Shown: positions 21,346 through 34,453, counted from the first letter of the stretch. The stretch is DNA of 64,000 nt from Rebecca billardiae RCC1528 (GCA_965240325.2 OZ251243.1:620001-684000), one strand, 5' to 3'. A program made the numbers and translations. Notes: generated by a model not told the origin, from the letters alone.

Positions 21346-21894
21346 TCATGGAGGTTGCGCCGTGGTCTTCGCGGGCTGTCTCAGCGCTGGCACTTCGGGA
21401 ATGCCGCACTTGCGCGCAGATTCTGCATACCCGGCAAGCGTTTCCTCCTCCGTATCAAAGTACGCGGACAAGACCAGGCCGTTCGGGAGTGACCGCCAGC
21501 ACCTGATCTGGTAGTACCACCGCTTCGTCACTTTGCGCGGATCGTAGAAGATGCTCCGGTACTTGGACCGTTTCCGCTCGAACCCCGCGATTGACGATGC
21601 TGCTCGCCTACGCGGTCCAGGCTTGTGCACGCCGCCGGCGAGCGGACTCGAGCTGCGCTTCTTGCTTGTTGCGTTGGTGATGACAGCCCCTGCTGCGGCT
21701 TGCTGCGCAGGTCCTTGCATCTGCCCAGTTGTCTGTCGGCTCAGAGGCGGCAGATCGACGTTGGCGGTCGGTAGGAGCGTCGCCTCGAAGACGACATGGA
21801 ACGTGTCAAAGTGCTCATCGCGGTCCCACGCGGTCTTGAACGCGTCCGCACAGGCCGGGCACACGAATGGCAGCGAGGTGGCTGATGACGGCAT
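21346..21894 (-). CDS. C2H2 zinc finger + AP2/ERF-like DNA-binding protein, 182 aa
   Basis: FVCPACADAFKTAWDRDEHFDTFH (C2H2) and SKYRSIFYDPRKVTKRWYYQIR...SAYFDTEEETLAGYAESARK (AP2-like). Confidence 0.7.
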   Translation of the reverse strand: MPSSATSLPFVCPACADAFKTAWDRDEHFDTFHVVFEATLLPTANVDLPPLSRQTTGQMQGPAQQAAAGAVITNATSKKRSSSPLAGGVHKPGPRRRAASSIAGFERKRSKYRSIFYDPRKVTKRWYYQIRCWRSLPNGLVLSAYFDTEEETLAGYAESARKCGIPEVPALRQPAKTTAQPP

Positions 21895-22059
21895 GCTGCC
21901 CGCCGCCGATTCTGGGTAAAATATGGGGGTACAAATCGGCGCAATAATCGTAGATATACCGTACGTTGAACGTTCGTTCGTGCCGACCGGCTGCGGACCC
22001 GGCCGGGGCCGAGCCCGCACGCAGTTCAACGGTTCACGAAGAACACTTCCTGCTCATAT

Positions 22060-25000
22060 ATGATGGATTTCGACCTGCACCCCTCCCGGCCCGAGTTCCG
22101 CGCGACGGCGTGCGCGGCGCGCCTCGCGCGCCTGCGCGAGGTGCTCCCCGCCACGTCCGCCGCGGGCCTGCTCCTTATCGGCGGCATCGACTCGCGCCGG
22201 CACCAGCTCTCGATGCGCGCGCTGCGTTACCTCCTGCTCGGCGCGAGCGGCTTGTCCGACGAGGGCGCGTGCGCACCGGACGAGGTGCTCGAGGAGGTGA
22301 TGGTCCTCATCCTGCCGCACAGCGTCAAGCTGTACCTCACGCTCGCCAGCTGGCGTACGCTCATGCCCATCGTCGCCTTGTGGCGCAACCTCGAGGCGCG
22401 CGCGGCGCGCGCGTGCGCCGGACGGCCGCGCGCGCCGGACCGCCCTGACTCGCCACGCACGCCGCGCTCGGCCGCGCGCGCAGGTGTTCTGCCTGCACGA
22501 AGAGGGCGCGTACGACGACGCCGACGTGGTCGAGGCGCACAAGATTGACTCGTTCGTCGCCATGCTCTCCGCACTCGACGGCGGTACTGCCGCGGCGCGC
22601 GTACCTGTCGCCCTGCCTGTCTCTGACGCCGCCGAGGTGGAGCGCTGGCCCGTGGTGCAGGCGTACGCGCTGGACGAGGTGAGCGGCAAGGGCTTCTTCA
22701 CGATGCACCACACCGTCGTGTGCGCCGCCGAGGCCGTCGAGGCGAGCGCGCTGCACGCGCTCGACGGCGCTGCACTGCGTGGGCTGCACGCGTTTGGACT
22801 CCGCCGCTTCGCTCAGCAGTTCGCCGTCATTGCGGGCGTGATGGACCGCGCGACGGACGGCGACGGGCGGCGGCGGCTGACGGAGCGGCAGCTTGCCGAG
22901 CCGCTCGTCACCTACTTCCGCCACCCGCTGCTGCGCACGGCGGCGGACGAGGCGGCGGTGGACGCGGCTGTCGCGGTGCGCGGCCCGCGAGTGTTGTTTG
23001 GCGCGCGCACGGCGGCGGCGGCCGCGGACGAGCTGGGCGCCGACGCCGACGCGGCGCAGCGCGTGCGGCCGGGCGCCATCTCGCTGAACAAGGCCTCCGA
23101 GACCTCCGCCACCGGCGACCCCACGCACCTCACGCTGCAGTGCGCGGACGCCACCGGCCCGCTCGCGTGCGAGCGAACGTGGTTTGTGCGTACCGCCGGC
23201 CCGGCGCGCGTGTGGCCGCAGCGCACGGTTGGCAAGGGCGAGGTGCTCGAGCCGCTGGTCGACGAGGCGGCGGCGCCCGACGTGGCGAAGCCTGGCGCGT
23301 CGGACGCGTGCGTTCGCGCGCTCATGCGCGTGTACGCCGCGATGGCCGACGCGATGGCTGACGCCGTCGACGAGCTCGCGCGCGCACTCGATGTGAGCGG
23401 CGCGGGCGCAGACGATGGCGCGCCGGCCGACGCGGCGCGCGCGATCGGCGCGGCCGCGGCAGCGGCGGTGAGCGCGATGCACGCGCGCGGACTGGAGGAG
23501 GACGCCGCGGCCATGCGCTTCCGCTGTGAGGCGGTCGACCTCGACGGCCGCGTGCTGCCGCCCGAGACGGTGGGCGCGGCGCCCACTCGCTGCATCTATC
23601 GGCTGAGCATGCGTCTGGACGCCGTGCCGTCCGCGCAGCGCGCGCTCGCAGGCGCGCGTGCCGCCGGCTGCGCCGACGCGGACACGTCGCTGCCGCTTGG
23701 CGGGCTCGTGCTCGGCGACTCGTTCGTGCTCGCGCGCACGCCGCCGCCGCTCGTCGGCGGCGCGCACGCGTCCGACGCTGCCGTCGCCGACGCGGTGGGC
23801 ACGCTCCGCCCCCTGGCACTGACCGCCAGTGCCGTGCCCCGTCTGATCGCATGGCTCGCAGACGGCGCGGAGGCGCGCGCGGCCGAGCGCGTGCGGCTGC
23901 CGATGTCGCAGCCCAAGCCGCTCACGGGCGAGTCGGACGTGCAGCGCCTGCGCGCGGGCGAGCACTACCTCCTCCGCGCGCTCCTCGTCCCCGCCGCCGA
24001 GGCGACGCTCGTGCCGCCCGCGCGCGCCCACGCGCTGCTGCCGAGGCTGGGCGGGAGCCTGTATTGCTTCGAGGAGGGGCTCGCCTTCGACTCGGAGCGG
24101 CTCGGTCCGGTGGTGCTGCCGTTCCACCTGGGCGTGGAGAGCCTCGAGCTGTATGACGACCACGCGGCGGGCACGCCAGGTGCCGTCGCGGAGGGCGACG
24201 GCAGCCTGCGCGCGGCGCTCGCGCGGCCGGGTGCGCTGCTCGGCGGCGCGGCGACGCGCGGCGCCGGGCCGGGTGCGACGGAAGAGGCGGAGTCGGATGA
24301 CCCCGCGCACGCTGCTGGCGGCGAGGGCGTGGAAGGCGCGCAGGCGGGCGCAGCGCTGCTCGTGCTCACGCTGCGCGAGTCGGCGCTGCCGCACGTGTAC
24401 CCCGCGCTGCGCGCCGTGCTTGGCGAGGGCGGCGCGCCGGGCGCTGAGTCGCTCCAGCTGACCATCGCCCTCGCGCGCGGGTCTGCCCTTCGGCGCGCGC
24501 TGTGGCGAGACTGCCTGCCGCTGTGGCGCGAGTCGCTCGCGCGCGGCGGCGCGAGCGTGCGCGTGCTCGATACGCCGCCGGCGTGGCTGTGCACCCCCGT
24601 CTGGCCGCGCGGCGGCGGCGCGCCCAGCCCGAGGCTCGACCTGGCCGACGACTCCGGGCGCGGTGGCCACCCGCCGCCGCTGCCCGCGCGCGCCGCGCGC
24701 GCGCTTGAACTCGAGGCCCAGTGTGGCCCGCTCGCGCCCTCGGCCGGCGCGGCGCCCGCCGACGGCGCCGTCGCCGTGCAGATCGTGAGCGGGCACGTTG
24801 GCTCCGGCAGCGCGCAGCTCGCCGCCGCGCTGCGCTACCTCTCGCAGGGCGAAGGCGCGTGGGTCGTGCTGGGCGCGGGCGGCGCAAGCGCCGGCAGTGG
24901 CGCCGCCCGCCCTGGGACGCGGGCGCCGTCGACGCCGCGAGACTCAGCTGCCGCCGCCGCCGCCGCGGCGTCGGGCGAGTGCGCGTGGGAGGCGTCCGCG

Positions 25001-26771
25001 CTGAAGTGGCAGCCGCGCAAGCTGCAGCGCGACCTGCGCGAGGCGCTGCACCGCGGGCGCCCCGGTGGTGGCGCGTCGCCGCTCCGGCTGATGCTGCTCG
25101 CGCCGCCAGGCGTGGACACGCTTGCGGTCGTCCGCGCGGTCGCGGGTATCGAGCCAGCCGTGCTGGCGCGCGGCGCGGACGGGCAGGGCTGGCCGTTCCG
25201 CGTGGGCGGCGTGATCTGCTGCGTGGACGCGCGCGAGGGAGCGGACGGCGCCGCGCGCCTCGCGCCGCTCGTCGCGGAGCAGTGCGCGCTCGCCACGCAC
25301 ATCGTCCTCACCGGCTGCGGCGCCGACGTGGCCGCGTACAGCGGCGGCGAGGTGGCGGATCGGATTGCGGCCGCGTCCGCTGCCGCGCTCGGCACGCAGC
25401 CGGCGCCGCGCGCGGCGTGGCGGCCGCGCGAGGGCGCGGCGGCGCTCGCCGCGCGGCTCCGCGCGCTCAACCCCGCCGCCGAGATCCTCGCGGTCGAGGG
25501 CCAGCGACTCCGCCGCTCGGAGGAAGTCTCGGCCGTGCTCGAGCCGCGTGCGGGTGTGGTCTGTCCTTTCGCCGCGCCTGCTTGCGTCGCTCAGCGCGCG
25601 CGTGCGCTTCCTGCGTGGGACGCGCCGGCGCTCCCGCCGTCGCTGCCGCTTGCAGGCGGGACGCCGCCCAGCACCACGCTGCTGCTCGTCACCCTCGCCG
25701 CGCCGTGCGCGCTGCACGAGCCGACGCTGCTCGAGGAGCTCGGTGCGCGCCGACACTGCGTGCGCGTCACGCGCGCTCACGCCACGCGCCACGCGCCACG
25801 CGCCACACTCTGAACTCGCACGCAAACGCCCACGCCCGCCCGCGCTGGGGGGTGGCAAGGGGCGTTGGTGTCGCGGTGGGCGCGTGGCGGAGTGCTGCCC
25901 ACGGCCGAAGCGACGCGAGTGCCCGTCTCACGCACGCGCGCCGCGCGCGCCACGCCGCGCGCAGGCAAGCTCTGCGCGCCGCACTGGTCGCCTCCGGCAG
26001 CTCTTGTGAGCACCACTGCAAGCCGCGCACTGACTGCCGCCTCCGCCGCCAAGCGCGCGCCGGCGCCGGCGCCGCCCGGCGCGAGCGATGGCGGCTACTG
26101 CGTCCTGCATGCTGAGGGCGTGCTCGCCGTGCGCAGCGCGCCGGCACCGCCTGCCCCGACGGAGCCTTCGCCAGACGACGGCTCGCCCGCCCGCGCCGCC
26201 GAGGCCGCCGCCCCGGCGCTTTTCTCGCTGCACGTCGGCGCGTCCGCGCGCGCGCTCAGTGTGAGCGCGCGCGCGCCGATCGCCGGCCCGCCGCCGAGCA
26301 GCTACTTACTGGTGGCGGCCTCGCCCGCCGCGTCGCGGCTCGGCCGCGCCGCCGACGCCGAGGCTGTGCGTGCCATCATCGAGCGCTGCATCGCGCCGCT
26401 CTTCCCCCGCATCGAGCCCACACCTGTGTCGGTGCGCGCCGCGCGCGCCACCGCCCGCGTGTTTGCCCGCCCTGAGCTGAGCGGCCCTGCGCGCGGACCG
26501 CTGCCTGGCGCGCGCGCAGGACGAGGAGATGCACGAGCTCGACGCGCGCGCGCGCGCCGAGCTGCCGCTCCCAGAGGGCACCTTCTACAATGGGCTGAGC
26601 TACATCGACTGGGATGGCCACTCGAGCGCGTGGCACCCGGGGCTGCAGCCTCTGGTCGATGAGCTGCGCGCGAGCAAGAACAGCGAGACGGACGCGCACA
26701 ACGCGCGTGTCGCCGCGGAGCACGAGGCGGCGAACAAGGCCATCCGCATCTGGAGCTCGGAGGCGAGCTGA
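22060..26771 (+). CDS. DNAAF9: Dynein axonemal assembly factor 9 / Shulin (C20orf194) homologue, ~1437 aa; exons 22060-22395, 22484-25742, 25965-26431, 26520-26771
   Basis: Family motifs LLLIGGIDSR, WRNLEVFCL, KIDSFVAM, VERWPVVQAYALDEVSGKGFFTM and C-terminal LPEGTFYNGLSYIDWDG..HP. First intron is GC-AG (22396-22483); phases are consistent. Confidence 0.9.
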
Positions 26772-27332
26772 GGAGACCAGAGCGTCGCCGCGCTTAACTC
26801 TCTCCGGTCCACGTGTGCCGCGACTTCGACGATGGTACGCGTCTCATTGTGTGAGGACTCGAGACTGCTACAGGCAATCGCGGGCAATAAGGAGCTGTCA
26901 CGTTAAGAAACTGGGGCTTGCTATCTGCGGATCTGGCCTAGAAACTGAGGCTAGCGATTGGCTGGTTCGCTATACGCATAGTCACACTAAGAAACCGAGA
27001 CTACGTCGCGGCTCGGGTCCGAGGCGCGTGGGACGCGCGGCGCTGCGCCGAGCCCGCGCGGACTGTGATGTACTCTCCCGGAACCGTTGACCTGAGCAAT
27101 ACTGTAGTGCCAGTGGCGGAGCCATGTCTGACTGTGATGACTACTGCTGATGAGCGCCGCGCGTCGGGATGCTAATAAGCAGGCTGCGCTGATGAGCGCG
27201 CTATACTCTACATCCTACACATGCCTGTACTACTGACATGCTGCTACTAACTACTCCTGGTCCTAACTAACGTACCATCTGAGATGGCGGGGCCGCTGTC
27301 TGGTCCGAGCGCTGCCGCCGGCGTTGCCGCTG

Positions 27333-30300
27333 TCAGCCACGCCGTGCCGCTGCAGCAGCCGCCGCGTGCCCTGCCTCCGGCGCAGCTGCTGCCGTAGGCG
27401 CAGCGGCGTGCTCGGCCGCAGCCGCAGCTGCTGCGGCTGCCGCAGCGGCGTGGTCGACCGTCGGCGCAGCTGCTGCGGCAGGCGCAGCGGCGTGCTCGGC
27501 CGCCAGCGCAGCTGCTGCCGCTGCCGCGGCGGCGTGCTCGGCCGCCGGCGCAGCTTCTGCCGCAGGCGCAGCGGCGTGCTCGGCCGCCGGCGCAGCTGCT
27601 GCCGCTGCCGCAGCGGCGTGCTCGGCCGCCGGCGCAGACGCAGCGGCTCGCTCATCAATGACGACCCACTGATCGTATGCTGCGCTCGCGATCTGGTCGC
27701 GCGACGTGAGCAGATCGGCGAAGCTGAGCACGTGCGCTGCGCGGGATGTTGCCTGCGCCACACCGTCTATCGGCCCATACTCGATGAAGAAGTTGACGAG
27801 GCTGCCTCCGATCTTGCGGCGCCGGTCGAGGTTGCGCGCTGCGATCCGACCGGTGCACCAACCGGTGGCCACCCAGTTGAAGATCACGATGCGGCCGACG
27901 AGCGCGTCCGCGGCTGCCACGTTCGGCGGCGAAGCGAGCGCATCCTCGAGCGCGAGCCCCGCCCCCGTGCTGATCGTCCAGCCATCGCGCAGCTCAAACG
28001 CTGCTTCGGTTTCGTCACCGTCCTCGTCGTCCTCGTTGTCAAGCGTCAACGTGCCCTCGCCCGTGTCGTTCTGAACAGAATCGTCATCGCCCGTGTCGTC
28101 CTGAACAGGATCGTGCTCGTGCTCCGGGGCCTCGTCCGCCGGCTCCTCCTCGTCGTCATCACCAGCGTCGCTGCTGCCCTCGCCATCGACGGCTGCATCG
28201 AGCACGAAGCTTTCGAAGTCGAACTTCTCATCGCGCGGCTTGCCCTCGAGCTTGAGCTGATCCGCTCCGCCTCCGTCAATAGGCAGCAACGCGCCCGTGC
28301 GCTCGAAGTACCGGCGGAGCGTGTCGAGCTTCGCCGTCGCCTTCTTGAAGGCGCGGGCGAGCCAATGCGTCATGAGGATGCGCCGATCACCCGCCGTCAG
28401 TCCGCCGTCGCCCTCCCACTTCTCCAGGTTCCCCTCGTCCTCGATCCAGTCGTCCAGCTCGTGGGCGATGTACAGCTTGATGAGCGCGCCAAAGCCGTCG
28501 TCGACAGGCTGGGTCTGGTCAGTGAAGCCGGCCGGGCAGAAGTGGAGGTCGGTCTGGTTCTCCTCGGAGATCGCACGCCTGAAGTCGGCCGTCTTCTGCG
28601 CGGAGAGGTTGTCCGCAAAGAGCAGCATGCGCCGCGTGTCCGGCATGGTGCCCGCCGCCTTGCGCGCCTTGACGAAGTTGCCCCACGTCTTGCGCGCCCA
28701 CTCCGATGCAACTCGGTCGTCGACCCACGCCTTGTCCTGGAAGTACACGTCGACGCCCTCGGCGTAGGCGGCCTTCTCGCGCGCGGGCACTCTGCCCATG
28801 CCGCGGAAGATGAGCGCCGGCCGCGGCTGCAGGTGCGCGCCCTCGTCCCAGATCGCTGCTGCTGCGGCATCATCCGGGCGCGGCGGCGGCGCGGGCACGA
28901 AGCAGAGCTGCGCCGTGTACTGCCGCTTGTACCACGACTCGTTGCCCTGGTTGATCGCGACCCGCTTGGCGCCCTTCTCCTCGTACGTGATCTCCATGCC
29001 GTTGGTGAACGGCAACGGCACCTGGTCCACGTTCGAGCGCTCCCACGGCATGTACGCTCCCCATCTGGGGTCCATCACCATGCCGGTCGTGTGCGGCACA
29101 CGCAGCCGCCGCTGCAACGCCTTGAAGTACCGCATCAGCACCGGCTTGGTCTCCTCCCACGTCACCTTCTTACGGTTGGTCCTCCGCCGAATCGCGAGCC
29201 GCTTGCGCCGGAGAAAGCGCGCGCGCCAGTCCTTGCCGCCCTGGAAGGAGTCGGCGAAGGATGGGTACAGCCGCCTCATCAGCAGCTTGGCCGCTGCCGT
29301 CAGCCAGCGCGGGCCGCACTTGCGGCCGTGCGCGCGCCGCGCGATGAGGCCGGAGTGGAGCTTCTCCTCCATGATGGGAAAGCGCCCGACCAGGCGGCTG
29401 CGCTTGGAGGTCGTGTAGAGCTTCTTCGCGTGCTCCTTCCCCGCGGCTGACGCAATCGCAGCGCGCATCGAGTCCTTTGCCCACGCGACGATGCAGCTCT
29501 GCGGGACGCCCGTCTCCTCCTCAAAGGTCGCCGAGTAGTTGGTCACACCGGGCCTCTGCGCGGCCGTGCGCGCGCGCGCGCGCGCGCGCTTAGGCCCGTG
29601 AGCGATCGTGGGCGTTGCTCGCGAGCAGGGGCGCGTGGTGAGCATGCGTGCGGCGCGGCGCGTGCGCTCACCAGCTTGAGCTTGTCATACGCCTCCAGGC
29701 AATCGAGCTTCTCCACGGCCGTGTACCTTCTCCTTCTCTTGGAGCCTTTCCGCTCGAGCTTCATGTCCTCCACCTCTGCTCGTTCCCGCTCGCGAATCTT
29801 CCGCTCGTTGGCCCGGGCGGCAGCAAGCCTCGCACTCGCCGCGTCACACGCGACACGCTCGATCAGCTTGTCGACCACGTCGGCCACAGCACGCTCCTGC
29901 CTGTCCGCGTCCAGCTGCTCGGCGGCGTGCTCGGCCGCAGAGCTAGCGACGGCTGCTTCTGCTGCGGCGAGAGAGTTAGGAGGCGTGCTCCGCTCTCGCA
30001 CCCCCGGCAGGTGCGCGCGCTCGTGGCTGATGAGCCCTTGCCGCGTCTCGAATATCCTCGGGCACAGCTTGCACTTGTACTCACGCCGGGCGGGCGGCGG
30101 CTGCGGCTCCTTCTCCGCAAACTCGAGCACGGGTTGGTCCTTGACGACGTACTGCTGATGGCGGACAATCGTCTGCTGCTTGACCATGCCGAAGGTCGAA
30201 TGTGTCAGGGGGAGCTGGCCCGGCAACTGCGCATGCTTCTTACGCCTCTTGCTCGGCTGCGTCCCGGCCGCGCTCGCAGCTGCGCCTGCGCTCGCCGCGG

Positions 30301-30640
30301 ATGTTGGTTCCGCTGGCACTGCTTCTTGTGCCGAGGTGCTGCCTGCTGCAGCTGCGTGATGCGAGGGCAGACGCGACGCACGAGCAGCGACGAGAGCATT
30401 GCTGACCGCCTTTCTCCTCGATGCGGCGACGTCGGCGGGCAACAGGCCCTCCTGTTCCCACGTGCCCAGCGCCTCGAGGACAGGCCGGGCGTGTGCGGGG
30501 CTGGTCACCACGGGCAGCGTGTTCAGTACGTCCGCGATCTGCCGGTCGAGCTCGTCATCATCAAGTAAGCCCTTGAGGTTCTTGAGCTCTGACAGCTCAA
30601 TGCCGATCTTCGAGATGCGCTGATCGGCCTCAGCCGCCAT
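27333..30640 (-). CDS. pogo-like DDD transposase, ~1063 aa; exons 30640-29672 and 29555-27333
   Basis: C2H2 finger YKCKLCPRIFETRQGLISHERAH; HTH RRRYTAVEKL...GVPQSCIVAW across a 116-nt GT-AG intron; CENP-B HTH FQGGKDWRARFLRR; triad NVDQ / FADN / QPVD with DD36D spacing. Confidence 0.9.
27350..27637 (-). repeat. 42-bp coding minisatellite x7 (PAAEHAAAPAAAAA-like) at the transposase C-terminus
   Basis: CGTGCTCGGCC-like core recurs every 42 bp from 27365 to 27617. Confidence 0.9.
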
Positions 30641-32392
30641 CGGTGCGGAAGGCGCGCCAGCGGCCACGCCGCACGGCAGGCTCGATCGACGTGGGTGACT
30701 GGGTGTTCGCGCCCGGCTTGATTGCTCTTCCGGACTGCTGCGCTTGGTCACTTCTCCTCCAGTCCTGCTGGGGAGCTGCTCCACTTGCACACGCCCGGCA
30801 TGCAACATCATGCCAGATTTGCTCCAAAAAGGCCCAAAAATTTTCTTCGGCCTCGCCGGCCGGGCCTAAAGACTCAGCGGGGGGCTCTGCCCCCCTGCGC
30901 CCCCCGCGCCTGCGCGGCGGGCGGACCTAAGAAACTGAGGCTCCGTAGGCGCTCGGGCTACCGAACAGCTAAGAAACCGAGGCTAGCCGGCAGATCTCTG
31001 ACTTCTTATTGCCCGCGATTGCCTGTAATCGTCATCATCATTGACTCTACAACTTTCATCGTCAATGGCGGCGGTCATAGATAGGCGGCTCATAAGGAAG
31101 GTTGTGGCCCCGGCTTCAGTGGGTTCCCAGTGGCGGCATGCCGCCCGGCTCCGGTCCCGCCAGCGCTGAGCGCACCTCGCCTAACTGCCCTACTGAGTGT
31201 GCGCTCAGAGTGGCACGCGGGCGGTCGCGGCGCCATCGGCGCCGCCGATACTATATATATATGAGATATATATCGTCCGCCAGGATATATATATATATAT
31301 AGCTAGTGAATATATAAGTGATATGCGGATATGTCGATCAGGTGGCTGGTGGGCTGAAGTAGCGCTAGAGCCGCTAGACAGTGCCATCAACGGTCTTATT
31401 ACTTATATATAATTATAGAATATATAGTTCGGATGCAAGGACATGCGCCGCTTCGGCATGCGTCATCCGTCCGGTCTCTGCCACCTGGCACCTTGCTTGT
31501 CACCGACGCGCGAGTCTGCAACGCATGCAAATTGCATCAGTGACTGAAACTTAAGTGAAACGCAACAGCTTGCACGCGCTGCTCTTTGCACGACGCCCGA
31601 AATAGGCGTGAGTGCGTGCTGATGCCGCCGGAGCAGCAACACGCAACATACGTGACGTCTGTCGTCTGTCACAGAGAAGAGACGAGTGGCGGATGCGTCC
31701 CGTAGCAGCTGCTCCCATCTCTATTTATTTGAACGGTGTGTGTGATGACGATCGGCTCCGATGGCTGCCGCGTTGCTCACGGTGTGGCTTACAGGCTGTC
31801 GTGAGAGGCGTGAGAGGGCTACTCGGCCGCATGGTGGGTATGGGGCGCTGCCAGGGCCTCACTAGTGGCGCGCAGGCCCAATAGCGCCATTAGCGGCGCG
31901 TGACGACGTCGCACTGACACGGCTGTTTCCGGAGCGCGGCCCTCGTCCGGGCCGGTCGCCGTCGGTCGCAGTGGGGCCACACCCGCTAGTTCCTGAAGGG
32001 TCTTTAGCTACGACAGGCTTAGTATATCATTATATTATTACTGACGAAACTGCTTTAAAGCTTATTCGATCAGCAATATATTATTACTATACTGCTATTA
32101 TTATTAGTATGATCCGTTATACGGGCACGGCGCGCAGACTGAGTGACGAGCACTAGCACTGCGCCGGCCGCCCGCGCGGCGGCCGGTCGGGCCGATGTCA
32201 GTGTCACTCAGCAGTCGTCAGTATAATCAGCCAGCAGTCTGAAGGACACTATACTCAGGTGCAGCTAGGGCGATGATACATGTGCCGCCAAGGTTGCCTT
32301 TCGGCCGCATCACTGTCAGTCGCGGCGCGACCAGGGCTGCGCGCGTAGCTGTCAGCCAGCCGTCGCCGACTCGCCGACGGCTGTGCTGCCGC

Positions 32393-34453
32393 CTACAGGA
32401 TCCATCCGGCGGACTCGAGCTCCTCGTCTGTGTAGACCTCCTCGCCGTCCTTGCGCCGCTCGGCGATCTTCTTCTTGAACTTCTTCAGGTCCGACTTGGA
32501 GATCTTCTTCTTCTGCTGCACCGCCGTCTTGTTGCCGAACGCGTCGACCATCTCCTCGATCTGTTCTTGTGGGCCCTTCTCCTGCACCTGCTTGAGCGCC
32601 TGCGCCATCCAGTCGGCGTCGCCCTGCAGGTTGAGGTGCGCGATGCCCGTCTCCTCGTCCTTCTCCATCAGCCACGTCTCCTTACACAGCTTCTTCGTGA
32701 ACTCCTCGTTGTGCGAGATGATCACCACGCCGCCCTCGAACGTCTCGATCGCACCGGCGAGCGCGCCGAGCGACTCGCGGTCGAGGTAGTTGGTCGGCTC
32801 GTCGAGGAGGACGAGGTGTGGCTGGTTCCACAGGGCGGCGGCGAAGACGACCTTCACCTGCGGGCGGCGGGGCGACGAGGGCACGCGCGAGGGCGAGGCG
32901 GGTGGTGAGCACGCGGGCGCACAGCGCGGGCAGGGCGCTTGTCCGCGCGCGCGCGCGGCCAGCCTCGTCGCTCTCCTCCGCGCCGCAAGCGCGCGCGCCT
33001 CGGGTCCGCGCGCGCGCACCTTCTGCCCGCCCGAGAGAGCGCCCATGCGCGTGTGCGTGCCGTACTCCGGCTCGAGGCCGACGTCGTCGAGCTGCTTCTC
33101 GACGTTCTCGCGCGTGAGCGGGCGCACGTACATGCCCTGCATCGCAGCAATCTTCTCGTCCACCACCTTCACCAGCTTGAGCCACAGCTTGCCCAGCTTC
33201 TCGAGCTTGTTGAGGGGCACGTACACGTTGGCGTCGTCCGACTTGCCCGACCACTTGAGCTGGTACTCGTACTCCTTCTGCTTGTTCTGCCGGCGGAGGC
33301 CGGTGAGCTTCTCGACGATGCCCTTCACCTTGTAGAGCTTCTGCTCCTCGTCCTTGAGCTCAAAGCTCACCTCCTTCTTCATGATCTCCTCCTCCTCCTC
33401 CGTGAGCGACATTGTCGCCTTCTTAATGGCCTCCTTGTCCTGCGCGCGCGCAGCGCAGCACACGGGGGGAGCGCACCCACCGAGCGGGGGAGCCGGAGGG
33501 GTGGGCCGAGCGGTGAGCGTGAGACGGGGGCGGCGTGGGCGGAGACGCGACGCCCGAGCGCCGCTCGCCGCTCGCGCGCCCGCTCCCAGCCTCGCGTCCG
33601 CTCCCGCGTCCGCTCCCGTCGTTCGCCCCTCCGTCCCTCCCTCGCTCCCTCGCTCGGCCCGCCCGCCACGCGCACCACCCGCGCCGCGCCGCCGTGTCGC
33701 GCCGCGCCGCGCCGCGCCGCGGTGCGTTTCACCTCGCCCGGGACCTCGTACCGCCAGCGGATGTACTCGTTGGGCGTCTTGTTGAGGTGGTTCTCGATGA
33801 GGTGGAATGCGTGCTGCGCGACGTACGCGACGCGCACGGCCGGGTGCTTCCACACGTTGCCGATCTGCGGGATGTTCTCGCCGATGAGCAGCTTGATCAT
33901 CGTCGACTTGCCTGCGCGGCCGGGCGCGCGCGCCGCGCGGCGGCGCTCGGTGCGCGTGAGTGGCGGGAGGCTTGCCGCCCGCGCGCGGCCGCGGCGGCGC
34001 GCGCGCACGCGCGGTCTAGGCGCGGCTCGGCCGCGCGCGCGCGTGCGCGCCGCGCGCACCCGCGCCGTTCGGGCCGAGGATCGCCACGCGGCTCGAGAGC
34101 GAGACCTGCACCGTGATCCCCTCGACGGTGGGCTTGGTGTTCTTGGGGTACGTCCAGGCGCACTTCTCCATCTTCATGAGCGCCTTGCCCTTCGACTTGA
34201 CGCCCTCGATGTAGCCCGGCTGCGGGAACGCCATCGTGAACTTGGTCGCCTTGAGCTCGAAGTACGACTTGGCGGGCGGGTACTCCTTGACGAAGTCGGT
34301 CAGGTTGCCCTTGTGCACCGACACCTTGAGGTCCTGGATGTGCATGATGTGCGTCGCCACGCGCTCGAGCGTCTTCGAGTCGTGCGACGTGAAGATGGAC
34401 GTGACGTTCTTGAGGCCCATCAGGTAGTCCTGCACCCACTTGACGTTCATCAC

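Larger units (their letters stand above)
26871..31025 (-). mobile_element. Full-length pogo/Tigger-like (Tc1/mariner superfamily) DNA transposon, 4155 bp
   Basis: Perfect 21-bp TIR CAGGCAATCGCGGGCAATAAG (26871-26891 / 31005-31025), TA on both sides, and an intact transposase inside. Confidence 0.95.

Noticed and set aside
31101-31983. Possible TIR pair TGTGGCCCC / GGGGCCACA
   Set aside because: Only 9-12 bp, GC-rich and without a TSD; compatible with chance.
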